A DNA stretch of 64,000 bases from Nannocystales bacterium (GTDB lineage: Bacteria > Myxococcota_A > Polyangia > Nannocystales > Nannocystaceae), in assembly GCA_050633305.1 (NCBI GenBank), contig JBOEGF010000014.1:447974-511973 (forward strand), in the 5' to 3' direction. Below the pieces are notes generated by a model that saw only the letters and a program-made list of their open reading frames with translations, ran no database searches and was not told the origin of the DNA. A program made the position numbers and the translations under genes. Positions 47,047-56,925 of the stretch are shown here, one piece after another. Positions within the stretch are counted from its first letter, which is position 1; each line of letters opens with the position of its first letter.

Positions 47047-50046
47047 ATGGCTTACGGTCTCGTCGCTTTATTTCTCAAGGAAACGCCGAAGTACCCGGAC
47101 TTCCCACCCGAGTTTGCGACGCAGGTTGGCTGGATGATCTTCGGCGCGGTCGCGCTGGTGGTCTTCTACGCCTGGACCCGGGCGCAGTCGGTCAGGCGGG
47201 CACTGCTGGCGCTCGAAGACCCGCGGACGATGGCGATTCTCCGGATCGGTTTCGGGCTGTTCACCATCTTCTGCTTCCTCAACCTCTTCCCGTACTGGCG
47301 GATGTTGTGGAGCGACGAAGGTGTGTTCGACATGGCCTACGCCCAGGATCGCTTGGGCAGGGGAGCGCTCCGTGCTTGGACCCCCGAGGATGGCTTCTTC
47401 GGTCTGAGTCTTGGCGAGGTCTTCCTGCCGACGGTCTTCGACGTCGACATCGACCTGACGTTCGCAGAGCGCTTTGAGCAGTGGCGGGTCTGGTCGATCG
47501 GCGTGTTCTTGTGGAACAAGCCTTCGCTGCACTACTTCCACGGCTCGCCGTCGTTTGTCGTCAGCTACATGCTGGTGTTCTTCGCGGTGCTGCTGCTGTA
47601 CACCGCTGGCGTTCTCAGCCGCGTGACAGGTGTGTTGGCCTGGCTGCTGATGAGCGGGCTGTACAACCGCAACGCGCTGTACTGGGAGGGCACCGACACC
47701 GTCTATCGGTGTTTCTGGTTCATTCTCCTGTTCGCCAAGACGGGCCACGCGTGGAGCTTTGACAACTGGCTGCGATGCCGGCGGTTGCGGAGCAAGGGGC
47801 TGCTCGATGAGCCCGAGCCCATCGTCCAGCGACCCGACAGCGTCGTCTACCTGGCGGGCGGGGGACTGCTCGTCCTTGCGGGTTTGTGGCTACGCTCGCT
47901 GGGGTTGCCCACGTTCTGGGTCGGGGCAGTCGTGGGCGGAGCGGTGGTCCTCGGACTGGGCGTTCGGGCCAAGCTTCGAGAAGGCCAAGGTGAGTCCAAG
48001 CCGGTCGAGCGAGACGAGAGCAAGCCGGGGCAGCCGATCTATCGGTTGATCCCAGCCTGGCCTCGCTACCTCTTCATGATGCAGCTCGCGGCGATCTATC
48101 TCACCACGGGCGCGGTGAAGACGGGTAGCGTCTGGGCCGAGGGCGACGCGCTGTACTACGCGCTCAACATGGACCACTTCTACCGTGTCGAGAACTTCAC
48201 GCAGTGGGCCAGCTCGATCTTCGGACTCAACCTGTTCCGGGTGAACACCTGGGTGACGCACTACTGGGAGCGCCTCTTCCCTCTGGTGCTGCTGGGCGTC
48301 GGCCTGAAGTTCAACCTCGAGAACCGAGAAGAACCCTGGTTCAAGAAGCAAACGGTGCTGTGGCGACGGGTGCTTTCGTGGGCGTCGATGCTCGGCGTGT
48401 ACCTGCTGGTCTATCGCATCGTCTTCATCGTCACGCCGTTTTGCACCCCGCTGCTCAAGGACCAGGTCCAGGATACGTCGCACAAGGCGGCGATGATTCA
48501 TCTGTTCTTCGCGGGCATCATTCCTTTGTTCGCGGTCGGCTGGATCGCGTTGGGGCGCTGGCCGCTCACGTTGTTCCGTGGTGGCAAGAGCCTTGGACCC
48601 CTCACCAAGAAGTTCTCCTGGGCGCGACTCCCCGAGCTCCACATCACCCAGGACACGATCCGGTGGATGTTCGTTGGACGCCGGGTGTGGCTGAGCATCG
48701 GTGTCATCTTCCACGGCACGCTCATCTTGTTCATGAACATCGGGATGTTCGCGCCCATCATGCTCATGACGTACGCGAGCTACGTGCGTGGCGATGAGTG
48801 GGTGCGTGTCTTCCGGTGGCTCCGAGCGCACGCCCGGGGCCCACTGCGTCGGCGCGAGCCAGGCTACGACCGGTGGCTGGCCGACGCTCAAGAGCCTGCA
48901 ACCGTACCCGTCAAAGGTCGGAACGTGCCGGACGTTGTGGTGCTCGCGTTCGGCTTGGTCGGCGCCTGGCTGATCTGGAAGAAAGTCGAGAAGGTCGAGT
49001 GGATCGGCACCGCGACGTATTGGTGGCTCGCCGCGATCGTCTTCGTCGCACTGGCGTTCCGGCTGTGGCCCCCCAACGCGAAGAGCCTCTCGGGTCGTCG
49101 CCAGCCGGCGTTGGCCTACACGGGCGTGGGTCGGGCGCTGGCCCTGTTCGCGGTTGTCTGGCATGCCAGCGCGGTCGGGATGCACCTATTCCCGAGCTAT
49201 CCGATCTTCTCCAAGTGGCGTTCGCCCGCTCGTTCTCTGCACAAGAGCTGGCTACGCGGGACGGGCACGACGCAGGGGTGGCGGATGTTTGCGCCCAACC
49301 CCCCGCGTTCGAACACGTTCATGAAGACTGTGGTGGTCCTCGAAAACGGTGACCGCTGGGACCTGCGCAACAACAGCTATCACTACAAGCAGAGCGGATC
49401 GACTGCCTCTCGGCCCAACCCCTGGATCTGGAACGACCGCATGCGAAAAATGCAGCGGCGGATGGTGGGCAAGGGGAAGTGGTACCTGCGCTACTGGGCC
49501 GACTTCCACTGCCGGGAGTGGTTCCTCGAGCACGAGGAAATGCCCAAGGAGATCGACGTCCGCAAGTACAGCAACCGGATCCCCGGGCCCAAGGTCACCA
49601 GCTACTGGGTGCCCAAGAAGTTCAAGGGCCGCAAAGACCGTGGCTCTGGGGCCACCGTCGGTCAGCCGTACGACCCGCGGAAGCTCAAGACTCGTGAGTC
49701 CCCCGTCCAGACGCACAAGTGCAAGGTGCGGGAGCTTCCGCTTCGGATGAAGGAGCGCTACGGCATGCCGATCTCGGGCGAGGACGAGGCGAAGGCCGAG
49801 CGGGACAAGCAGCAGCGGGCGCGAAAGTTCAAGTCTCGGAAGTCTTCGTGGGACCGTCGAAAGGACTGGGGGCGTTGGTTCCAGGACGAGAAGAAGGCGC
49901 CATCCCGCAAGAGCAGCGGTGCAAAGTCGAAGACGGGCGCCAACGCGGCGAGCTACTTCAAGCGCAAGCAGGCCGCAGACGCCCCGGCCGACCCGGACGA
50001 GCAGGCCGCTGGGGACGATGGCGGCGTCGACGAAGATGATGAGTGA
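47047..50046 (+). CDS. HTTM-domain membrane protein fused to an SdpA/DUF5819-like C-terminal domain
   Basis: LRIGFG, RNALYWEGTD, IYLTTGAVKTG..W..GDALYYAL, FHGTL..MNIGMF; C-terminal QGWRMFAPNP...CREW. Confidence 0.85.
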   Translation: MAYGLVALFLKETPKYPDFPPEFATQVGWMIFGAVALVVFYAWTRAQSVRRALLALEDPRTMAILRIGFGLFTIFCFLNLFPYWRMLWSDEGVFDMAYAQDRLGRGALRAWTPEDGFFGLSLGEVFLPTVFDVDIDLTFAERFEQWRVWSIGVFLWNKPSLHYFHGSPSFVVSYMLVFFAVLLLYTAGVLSRVTGVLAWLLMSGLYNRNALYWEGTDTVYRCFWFILLFAKTGHAWSFDNWLRCRRLRSKGLLDEPEPIVQRPDSVVYLAGGGLLVLAGLWLRSLGLPTFWVGAVVGGAVVLGLGVRAKLREGQGESKPVERDESKPGQPIYRLIPAWPRYLFMMQLAAIYLTTGAVKTGSVWAEGDALYYALNMDHFYRVENFTQWASSIFGLNLFRVNTWVTHYWERLFPLVLLGVGLKFNLENREEPWFKKQTVLWRRVLSWASMLGVYLLVYRIVFIVTPFCTPLLKDQVQDTSHKAAMIHLFFAGIIPLFAVGWIALGRWPLTLFRGGKSLGPLTKKFSWARLPELHITQDTIRWMFVGRRVWLSIGVIFHGTLILFMNIGMFAPIMLMTYASYVRGDEWVRVFRWLRAHARGPLRRREPGYDRWLADAQEPATVPVKGRNVPDVVVLAFGLVGAWLIWKKVEKVEWIGTATYWWLAAIVFVALAFRLWPPNAKSLSGRRQPALAYTGVGRALALFAVVWHASAVGMHLFPSYPIFSKWRSPARSLHKSWLRGTGTTQGWRMFAPNPPRSNTFMKTVVVLENGDRWDLRNNSYHYKQSGSTASRPNPWIWNDRMRKMQRRMVGKGKWYLRYWADFHCREWFLEHEEMPKEIDVRKYSNRIPGPKVTSYWVPKKFKGRKDRGSGATVGQPYDPRKLKTRESPVQTHKCKVRELPLRMKERYGMPISGEDEAKAERDKQQRARKFKSRKSSWDRRKDWGRWFQDEKKAPSRKSSGAKSKTGANAASYFKRKQAADAPADPDEQAAGDDGGVDEDDE

Positions 50047-50059
50047 GGAGGCCGCAGGC

Positions 50060-50956
50060 ATGAGCGACGACAGCCGCACCAAACCAGCGCAACCTTCGCT
50101 GGCACACGACCTTTTGCACGCCCCCGTCCCCGAGCCGGAGCGGCCTCGACCCTGGGCGTATCGCACCTGGGCGATGGTGCTCGTTTCGTTGTTCGTCGCC
50201 TATCACGCGACGATCTTGTTGGTGCACAACCTGCCCAACAAGGCGCTCTCCAAGGGCCTGCACAAGTGGTTCAACGACACGCATGAGGTCGAACTACTCG
50301 GCAAACCACGCAAGCTCTCGTTCGACATGAGGACGTACATGCTCGCAACGGGCAACACCCAGAGCTGGGCCATGTTCGCTCCCAACCCGCACCGCTCGAA
50401 CACCTTCATGAAGGTGATGGTGAAGGACAAGGAGGGGGACATCTGGGACATGGGCCACGACATCTACGGGCGCAGGCGCTACCCGTACTTGTTCTACGAC
50501 CGCATGGGCAAGATCAACCGCCGCATCATCGAGCAGAAGGGGTATCGGCGGCACTACGCCGCGTGGGTCTGCCGAGAGTGGGAACGGACCCACGAAGGCG
50601 AGGCCGCGGTGGAGATCCAGTTCGTCAAGATGTGGACGCGGGTCCCTCCGCCGGAGAAGGCGATCGCGGATGCGGGCGGCAACCCGTTCAAGATGGGCTA
50701 CGACCCGATGGAACTGAAGCTGTTCCAACGTGAAGAAGATGGGATTCGCTGCCGGACCACGCGCCACGGTCAGCTGCCCAACTACCTTCGCGAACGTTAC
50801 GGCCTTCCGTTGCTCGAGAACGAAGACAAGGTGTTTCGTCCGGTCATCCACCGAAGTTGGTGGGACAAGAAAGAGACCGCCGAACGCTCGAAGAAGGCGG
50901 GTGGGTTGTCCTCGAAGCGCCCGCGATCCGGGCCCAACAAGAGGGGGGCGAAGTGA
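50060..50956 (+). CDS. Stand-alone SdpA/DUF5819-like protein
   Basis: GAGGAG RBS; TM with YH, QSWAMFAPNP, DRMGKINRR, VCREW; colinear with the C-terminus of the upstream gene. Confidence 0.85.
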   Translation: MSDDSRTKPAQPSLAHDLLHAPVPEPERPRPWAYRTWAMVLVSLFVAYHATILLVHNLPNKALSKGLHKWFNDTHEVELLGKPRKLSFDMRTYMLATGNTQSWAMFAPNPHRSNTFMKVMVKDKEGDIWDMGHDIYGRRRYPYLFYDRMGKINRRIIEQKGYRRHYAAWVCREWERTHEGEAAVEIQFVKMWTRVPPPEKAIADAGGNPFKMGYDPMELKLFQREEDGIRCRTTRHGQLPNYLRERYGLPLLENEDKVFRPVIHRSWWDKKETAERSKKAGGLSSKRPRSGPNKRGAK

Positions 50957-52845
50957 CCGCTCTGGGTATGCTGGCTCTGTTCAAGGGGGATGACGTCGAT
51001 GTCTCGGCTCACCTCGAGCAGGCGACGGAGCTTGGGCTCTACGGCATCGGATTGGTGTTTGTGTTCTTCGCGCTGCGCCCGGAGTTGTGGCGTCGGCTGT
51101 GGTTCACAAGGGTCGACCCGAGACCCGTCGCGCTGATGCGGATCGCCTTCGGGCTCGTCGTCTTCGTGACGTTCTACGACCTGCTGTTCCCGATGAACCC
51201 GCTGGACTTCTCGGTCGCGAGGTTCCTCTTCACCGATGAGGGCCTGTGGTTGACGGATATGGCCCGCAAGAACTACGGCGGTGGCCTTCGGGACGTCTAC
51301 GACGCGGAGCACGGATTCCAGCACTGGTACGACCCGATCAAGCTGCTGTGGGGGAAGTTCACCTTCCTCCATCTGCGCTCGGATCCGGCGTTCTCGATGT
51401 CGCTCTACTTCGTGATGCTGGGATGCGTGGTGTCGATGATCTTCGGGTTTCGTACCCGACTGGTCACGATCGTTGCGTTCATCCTGGTGGAGAGCTTCTA
51501 CCGCTACAGCCCGATCTTTTACACGGGCGGTGACACCGTCGTCCGGGTGTTCCTGTTCCTGGGCATGTTCACCCGCTGGGGAGAGGCGTACTCCGTCGAC
51601 AGCTGGCTCCGGCGCAAGACGCTGCTGCTGCGAGGCACGGACGCCGAGTTCATGCCGCTTGAGGGCGCTGGCACAGGAGGGAGGCTGCTTCGGTTTGTCG
51701 TCCTCGGGTTCCTCGGGATCTGGCGTGTGTCCAAGGGGACGGCGGCTCGGGCCATTCCACCGCTTCGCACGATTCCCGCGTGGCCCATTCGGCTGATGAT
51801 GCTCCAGCTCAGCATCATCTACATGGCGACCGGTATCCTGAAGTCGGGGACCACGTGGAAGGACGGCACGGCGCTGTACTTCGCGCTCAACCTCGACCAT
51901 TTCTATCGCGTGCCCGCGACGGGGTTGGTCACGTTCATGCACTGGATCCTGGTCCTGCCCAACACCGCGATCTTCGTGCGTTGGTGGGAGATGCTGTTCC
52001 CCGTCGTGGCGGTGGGTGCTGCGCTCAACGCTTTCGAACGAGAGCGCCAGCGCGGCGCTTGGCCCAAGGCCGCGCTGTGGCGGAAGGTGACCAGCATCGG
52101 TGTGTTCTTGGCCGCGTGGGCGACCTTGGCCTGGATGTTGGGTGCGGCGGGAATGTACTTCCTACCCAAGGAGGTGCAGTCCCACGTTCATCCCGCACAG
52201 CGGCACGCCGTGTACGGCTGGGCGATGATGGCGGTCCCCATCATCTGCATTGCGCTGTACTGGGTGCTGCGACTGTTCGCGCCCAAGGTCCTGTGGTTCA
52301 TTCGCAGCTGGGTGATCGGCAAGCGGTTCTGGCTCGTGTTTGGCTTTGGCCTGCACATCGGCATCGACGTCGGCATGAACGTGGGGACGTTTGCCGAGGT
52401 GATGATGAGTGTCTACCTGTGTTGGCTCAGCGGGGCCGAGGTCGAGACGTTCTGGACGTTCGTCTACAGCCGCCGCTGTGCACCGGGAGAGGGGGATCGA
52501 CCCGTACGGGAGACCAAGCTCAAGTGGCTGCTCCACTTCGTCCCCGATTGGTTCACGTATCGCAAGCCCGGACCGCGGTACGTCGTACGGCACAACCCGG
52601 GGGATGGAAGCGTGTGCCGTGCAGCGCTGCTCCGAATGCTCGACCTTGGGGGCCGACTGGACTTCGTGGAGGACGACGACGTCACCGAGCAGACGCTCGT
52701 GGTCGAGCACGGAGGCGAAAGGTTCTCCGGCGATCGGGCCGCGGCCTCGCTGACGAAAGTGCTGCCGGTTTTCCTGTGGCTGCGGCCGCTTCGGAGAATC
52801 CCGGGGGTGGGAGCTCTCGCGCGTCGTTGGATGAGCCAGCGGTAG
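50953..52845 (+). CDS. Second HTTM-domain protein (SdpB-like) with degenerate DCC1-like C-terminal domain
   Basis: GTGA overlap; MRIAFG, YTGGDTV, IYMATGILKSG..WKDGTALYFAL, LHIGI..MNVGTF; tail LDLGGRLDFV...FSGDRA...IPGV. Confidence 0.85.
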   Translation: MTALGMLALFKGDDVDVSAHLEQATELGLYGIGLVFVFFALRPELWRRLWFTRVDPRPVALMRIAFGLVVFVTFYDLLFPMNPLDFSVARFLFTDEGLWLTDMARKNYGGGLRDVYDAEHGFQHWYDPIKLLWGKFTFLHLRSDPAFSMSLYFVMLGCVVSMIFGFRTRLVTIVAFILVESFYRYSPIFYTGGDTVVRVFLFLGMFTRWGEAYSVDSWLRRKTLLLRGTDAEFMPLEGAGTGGRLLRFVVLGFLGIWRVSKGTAARAIPPLRTIPAWPIRLMMLQLSIIYMATGILKSGTTWKDGTALYFALNLDHFYRVPATGLVTFMHWILVLPNTAIFVRWWEMLFPVVAVGAALNAFERERQRGAWPKAALWRKVTSIGVFLAAWATLAWMLGAAGMYFLPKEVQSHVHPAQRHAVYGWAMMAVPIICIALYWVLRLFAPKVLWFIRSWVIGKRFWLVFGFGLHIGIDVGMNVGTFAEVMMSVYLCWLSGAEVETFWTFVYSRRCAPGEGDRPVRETKLKWLLHFVPDWFTYRKPGPRYVVRHNPGDGSVCRAALLRMLDLGGRLDFVEDDDVTEQTLVVEHGGERFSGDRAAASLTKVLPVFLWLRPLRRIPGVGALARRWMSQR

Positions 52846-52857
52846 CGCTCGGCCCTC

Positions 52858-52891
52858 CACCCGGCCCTGCTGGCCTTCTTGGGGCCGGGTG
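52858..52891 (+). terminator. GC-rich hairpin after the HTTM cluster
   Basis: CACCCGGCCC-14 nt-GGGCCGGGTG; no U-tract. Confidence 0.4.
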
Positions 52892-52934
52892 AGACACGGC
52901 GGCAGGGTCGGCATAGGATGCGCTCCCGGTTTCG

Positions 52935-54275
52935 ATGTCTGGCCTCCGCACATCGCTCGCCTTCGCTGCATGCCTGGGCCTGCCCTCGTCGGCCCTCGCG
53001 GCGCCCGACAACGGGTTCTCCATGTCGGACGATGCCGCGCTCATGGGGGGGGCCGTGGTGGCCAGCGGGCGCGACGTTGCGTCGTCTTGGTACAACCCCG
53101 CACTTCTGACCCACAACGATCGCTTGCGGGCGGACGTGAGCGCCGCAGCCTACGGCGTCCGCTGGATCCGGGCTCGGCGGGGACTGCAGCTCCGCGATGA
53201 GAACGAGCGACAGACGGCAGGGATCCGCAGCCGCGAGTTTCTTGTGGTGCCCACGGCATTCGCGCTTGGGAGTGCCGTGTCGGAGAGAGTCTCGGTGGGC
53301 TTTGGATTCTTCACGCCGCGTTTTGCCGAGCCCACGGTCATCGTGCGTGCGGGAGGAGCCGCCGCAGATACGTTCGCGGCCGAGCTCCGGCGTTCGGGGA
53401 TTCAGCGTCGCTACTTCGCCGGGCCGATCCTGGGTCTCCGTCTCCACGAGGACCTGGACCTCGGCGTCGCGATGTATGGCGTCTACGACAAGTCGGCGGT
53501 CTCCCAACGCGTGTTCGTGGAGCACACCTCCGAGGCTGGCCGCTCCAGTATTCTCGCGGACAGTGACGACACGGTGCGTAGCTATGGGGTCCAGGCGGCG
53601 TTCGGCTTGCGAGGTTGGCTCTCCGAGTGGGTCAGTGCGGGTGCGAGTGTTCGAACGCCAACCGTCGTGATGCTGCAGCGCGTGGAGGGCAGCAGCGTCA
53701 CCATTGAGTCGGAGACCGACCCCGATGGGGTTGCGACGACGAGCTCCGACTTCGAAGGGTTTCCGATCCAGCGACGGCCGACGCGGATTTCGACGTGGTC
53801 GGTGGCGAGCGGGGTGTCTGTGGGGCGGGCCCGCTGGCGCCTGGGTCTCGATGCCGAGGCGTCGCCATCCCACTATCCGACGAACCCCACGATCGGTCGT
53901 GCTGCCCACTGGAATGTCCGCCTAGGAATTCGGTGGAAGGTGGACGAGCGATGGTCGGTCGGAGGAGGCGTGTTCACCGATCGCAACGACAGTCGCGGGA
54001 CCTCGTTCGGAAGCGTTCGCATCGACCTGGTTGGGGTTGCCCTGGGTGTTCGGCTTCGGACCCCGGTCAAGCTGGACGATGACGAACGTGCAACCCGTAT
54101 CGCGTTCCAGACCACGGTGGGCGCCCGCTACTCGGCTGGGCGCGGGAAGGCCGGGGGGCTTGAGGGGGAGTACGCCACAGAGGGCATTTCGCCCGATCGA
54201 CTCGACTTTGGCAGCAGTGTCGATGCGTCGATGCACCTGCTCACGCTTCACGTCGGGTCAGGACTGGTCTTCTGA
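52935..54275 (+). CDS. FadL/TodX-like outer-membrane beta-barrel
   Basis: Signal peptide; MGGAVVASGRDVASSWYNPALL (NPA hatch motif); amphipathic strands; terminal Phe. Confidence 0.7.
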   Translation: MSGLRTSLAFAACLGLPSSALAAPDNGFSMSDDAALMGGAVVASGRDVASSWYNPALLTHNDRLRADVSAAAYGVRWIRARRGLQLRDENERQTAGIRSREFLVVPTAFALGSAVSERVSVGFGFFTPRFAEPTVIVRAGGAAADTFAAELRRSGIQRRYFAGPILGLRLHEDLDLGVAMYGVYDKSAVSQRVFVEHTSEAGRSSILADSDDTVRSYGVQAAFGLRGWLSEWVSAGASVRTPTVVMLQRVEGSSVTIESETDPDGVATTSSDFEGFPIQRRPTRISTWSVASGVSVGRARWRLGLDAEASPSHYPTNPTIGRAAHWNVRLGIRWKVDERWSVGGGVFTDRNDSRGTSFGSVRIDLVGVALGVRLRTPVKLDDDERATRIAFQTTVGARYSAGRGKAGGLEGEYATEGISPDRLDFGSSVDASMHLLTLHVGSGLVF

Positions 54276-54301
54276 GTATCAGCGGTGATATCTGAGTTGC
54301 G

Positions 54302-55615
54302 ATGGCGATGATGGACCGACCTCGGGTGGCAATCGTGGGAGGTGGTATCTCGGGGCTGACCGCCGCGATCGGACTGCAGGACGTCGTCGAGACCGTCTTG
54401 TTCGAGGCTGCTCCCGAAGTGGGGGGGCACATTCTGCCTGTCGCGGTATCCGACCCCCGCGGAGCCCCAGCGGCGGTCGATACCGGCTTCGTGGTGTTCG
54501 TGCCAGAGACCTACCCCGAGTTCACTGCGATGTTGGGGTGGCTTGGTGTCGCGCATGGGCCCGCGACCACACCATTCCGTATCACCGACGACAGCCGTGA
54601 ACTCTCCTTTCCCGCCGCGGATATCCTGAAGCTGTGTGGAGACGCCATCCCACAGGCCTGTCGCCGTGACCTCTACCGCCTCTACCAAAGCCTGCTCCGA
54701 ATTCGGAAGGAGGGACTGGATTGGATCGACAACGTTCCGCTTCAGGCTTGGATGGACGCACAGGGGTTTGATCCCGCGACTGCACAGCTCGGCGTTCTGC
54801 CGTGGATCGCGAGCTTCTGGGGAATTCAGCCCGAAACGGTCTGCGGTGTCTCGGCTCGAGTTGCGCTTCGAGAGATCGCCCGCAACGCCGGACCGGCCGG
54901 GATGCATCGGGTCCATCCGTCAACGCGGGCCTACTTGGATGGGCTCACACAGCAGGTCCGCAACGTTCGACATACGAAGGTGTCGGCCGTCAACGTGGAG
55001 GGGACACCCAGCGTCGAGGTCGATGGGGGTCTCGAGACATTCGACCACGTCGTCGTCGCCGTGGATGCAATCGACGCTCGCGGGTTGATTCGAGGGGCGT
55101 GCACCGACTTGGGGGCGGTTCTCGGTGCGTTCGAGTACGAGCCGACTGCGGCGGTGGTTCATCGTGATGCCAGTCTCCTGCCCGCCGATCGGTCGAAGTG
55201 GTGCACGTTTCACCATCGACGACGGGTCGACCAGGATCGGATGCGGTCGGTGACGACCTGGGTCTTCGACCTCTTGCACGAGTGGACCCCGGATCCGAAC
55301 GCGATCGAGGCACCTGTGCTGATGACCATCGGGGACAGGGGGATCCTCGACTCCGGCATCATCGCGCAAGACACTGTCGTGGCGGAGTTTCGACATCGCC
55401 ATCTCGTATCCACACCCGCGGTGGTCGAGGCCCTCCAAGCACTACCGACGCTGGACGCCGACCAGCCGTTTTCACTGGCAGGTTCCTACCTGGGTCTGGG
55501 CGGATTGCACGAGGACGCTGTCCAGTCCGGAATGCGGGCCGCGAGTCGGACGCGACAACGGCTCGGACTCGATGCGCCACGCTGGCCCTGGAAGTCCAAG
55601 CCATCGGGCCGATGA
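54302..55615 (+). CDS. FAD-dependent oxidoreductase, COG2907/UfaD-like
   Basis: GGGISGL, VGGH, VDTGFVVF...TYPEF, AGSYLGLGGLHEDAVQSG. Confidence 0.8.
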   Translation: MAMMDRPRVAIVGGGISGLTAAIGLQDVVETVLFEAAPEVGGHILPVAVSDPRGAPAAVDTGFVVFVPETYPEFTAMLGWLGVAHGPATTPFRITDDSRELSFPAADILKLCGDAIPQACRRDLYRLYQSLLRIRKEGLDWIDNVPLQAWMDAQGFDPATAQLGVLPWIASFWGIQPETVCGVSARVALREIARNAGPAGMHRVHPSTRAYLDGLTQQVRNVRHTKVSAVNVEGTPSVEVDGGLETFDHVVVAVDAIDARGLIRGACTDLGAVLGAFEYEPTAAVVHRDASLLPADRSKWCTFHHRRRVDQDRMRSVTTWVFDLLHEWTPDPNAIEAPVLMTIGDRGILDSGIIAQDTVVAEFRHRHLVSTPAVVEALQALPTLDADQPFSLAGSYLGLGGLHEDAVQSGMRAASRTRQRLGLDAPRWPWKSKPSGR

Positions 55616-55871
55616 CCCGGGAGAACCGCTGGCCGTCGGGGTGAAAGCGCCGTGTCGCGATTGTCTATCGACCGGAGAACCTGCGTGTCAGGGATTCTCC
55701 TACCGCGGCGCGAGAAACCGTTCAAAGTCCCGGAACCTCGTGCTACTGGGTTCTCACGCCCCGAATTTCTGTCGAGGAACCCGGGCCGTCGCCGCCTGTA
55801 ATCGCGTTGGGGTCGGACATGACGTGTGGTTGATTGACCCCACGAGCCGTGTTCGCGAACGTGGTTTGGCC

Positions 55872-56882
55872 TTGGCTGGACGCAAAGGAAAACAGTTGAT
55901 TCTGGCGACAAAGGACTTTGAGTCGGAGTCGGTCGGTCGGTCGTGGTTCGAAATCCTCAGCACCTTTGTGGTTTACGCGGCCGCAGCGGCTGGCGTCCTG
56001 TGGGGCGAGTCGTGGCTTGTACGGCTGGGCAGCGCGGCGCTGGCTGGCTTCGTTCAGTTTCGGCTGTTCTCGCTGTTTCACGCACACCTTCACAAGGCGC
56101 TGTTGTGGGACTCGAAAGCCGCGCAATTGCTGTTTCACGCGCTCGGCGTCTTCCTCTTGGTGCCGCGTTCGGTCTGGATGCAGACCCACAACTTCCACCA
56201 CATCAACAACGGGAAGATCGATTGGACCTCGATCGGCTCGTACACGGTGTGGACGCGCGAGAAGTTCGATGCGGCGAGCCCGGTGGAGCGTCGTCGATAT
56301 CTCTGGTCGCGACACCCGCTGAAGATCCTCTTTGGATACATCTGGGTGGGCATCTACGGCATGTGCGTACAGGCGTTCTTGCGCACGCCGAAGAAGAACT
56401 GGGTCGGTCCCCTCGCTTTGACGGCCCACGCACTCGGCATCGGAGTGGTCTCAGCGCTCTACGACTTTCAGACGGCGGTCCTGTTGCTGGTCGTTCCGTG
56501 CTTCATCAACCACGCAATTGCAGCCTACGTGTTCTACGCCCAGCACAACTTCCCCGGCTCGCGGTTCTTCACCAAGGGGGAGTGGAATTACACCGAGGCA
56601 GCCATCGAAGGCTCAAGCTACTTCCGCATGGGCCCGGTGATGCGATGGATGACGGCCGACATCGGCTACCACCACGTGCACCATCTCAATCACAAGATCC
56701 CGACATATCGGTCGGCGGAGGTCATGGCGGCGATCCCGGAGTTGCAGTCGCCTACGGCCACGAGTTGGCGGCCACGCGATATCTGGGCTTGTCTGCGCAT
56801 GGAGCTGTGGAACCCGGAAACCCAGCAGATGGAAGCTCTGCGCCCACCCTCGCGCGCCGCGAGCGGCTTGAGCGAGGCCTGA
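55872..56882 (+). CDS. Membrane fatty acid desaturase
   Basis: His boxes HAHLH, HNFHH, HHVHH plus YAQHNF; start approximate (TTG). Confidence 0.9.
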   Translation: MAGRKGKQLILATKDFESESVGRSWFEILSTFVVYAAAAAGVLWGESWLVRLGSAALAGFVQFRLFSLFHAHLHKALLWDSKAAQLLFHALGVFLLVPRSVWMQTHNFHHINNGKIDWTSIGSYTVWTREKFDAASPVERRRYLWSRHPLKILFGYIWVGIYGMCVQAFLRTPKKNWVGPLALTAHALGIGVVSALYDFQTAVLLLVVPCFINHAIAAYVFYAQHNFPGSRFFTKGEWNYTEAAIEGSSYFRMGPVMRWMTADIGYHHVHHLNHKIPTYRSAEVMAAIPELQSPTATSWRPRDIWACLRMELWNPETQQMEALRPPSRAASGLSEA

Positions 56883-56925
56883 GCCCCTTGCGCTCCTCGG
56901 TCCGTCCGGGCAGGCTCCCCGCCTG

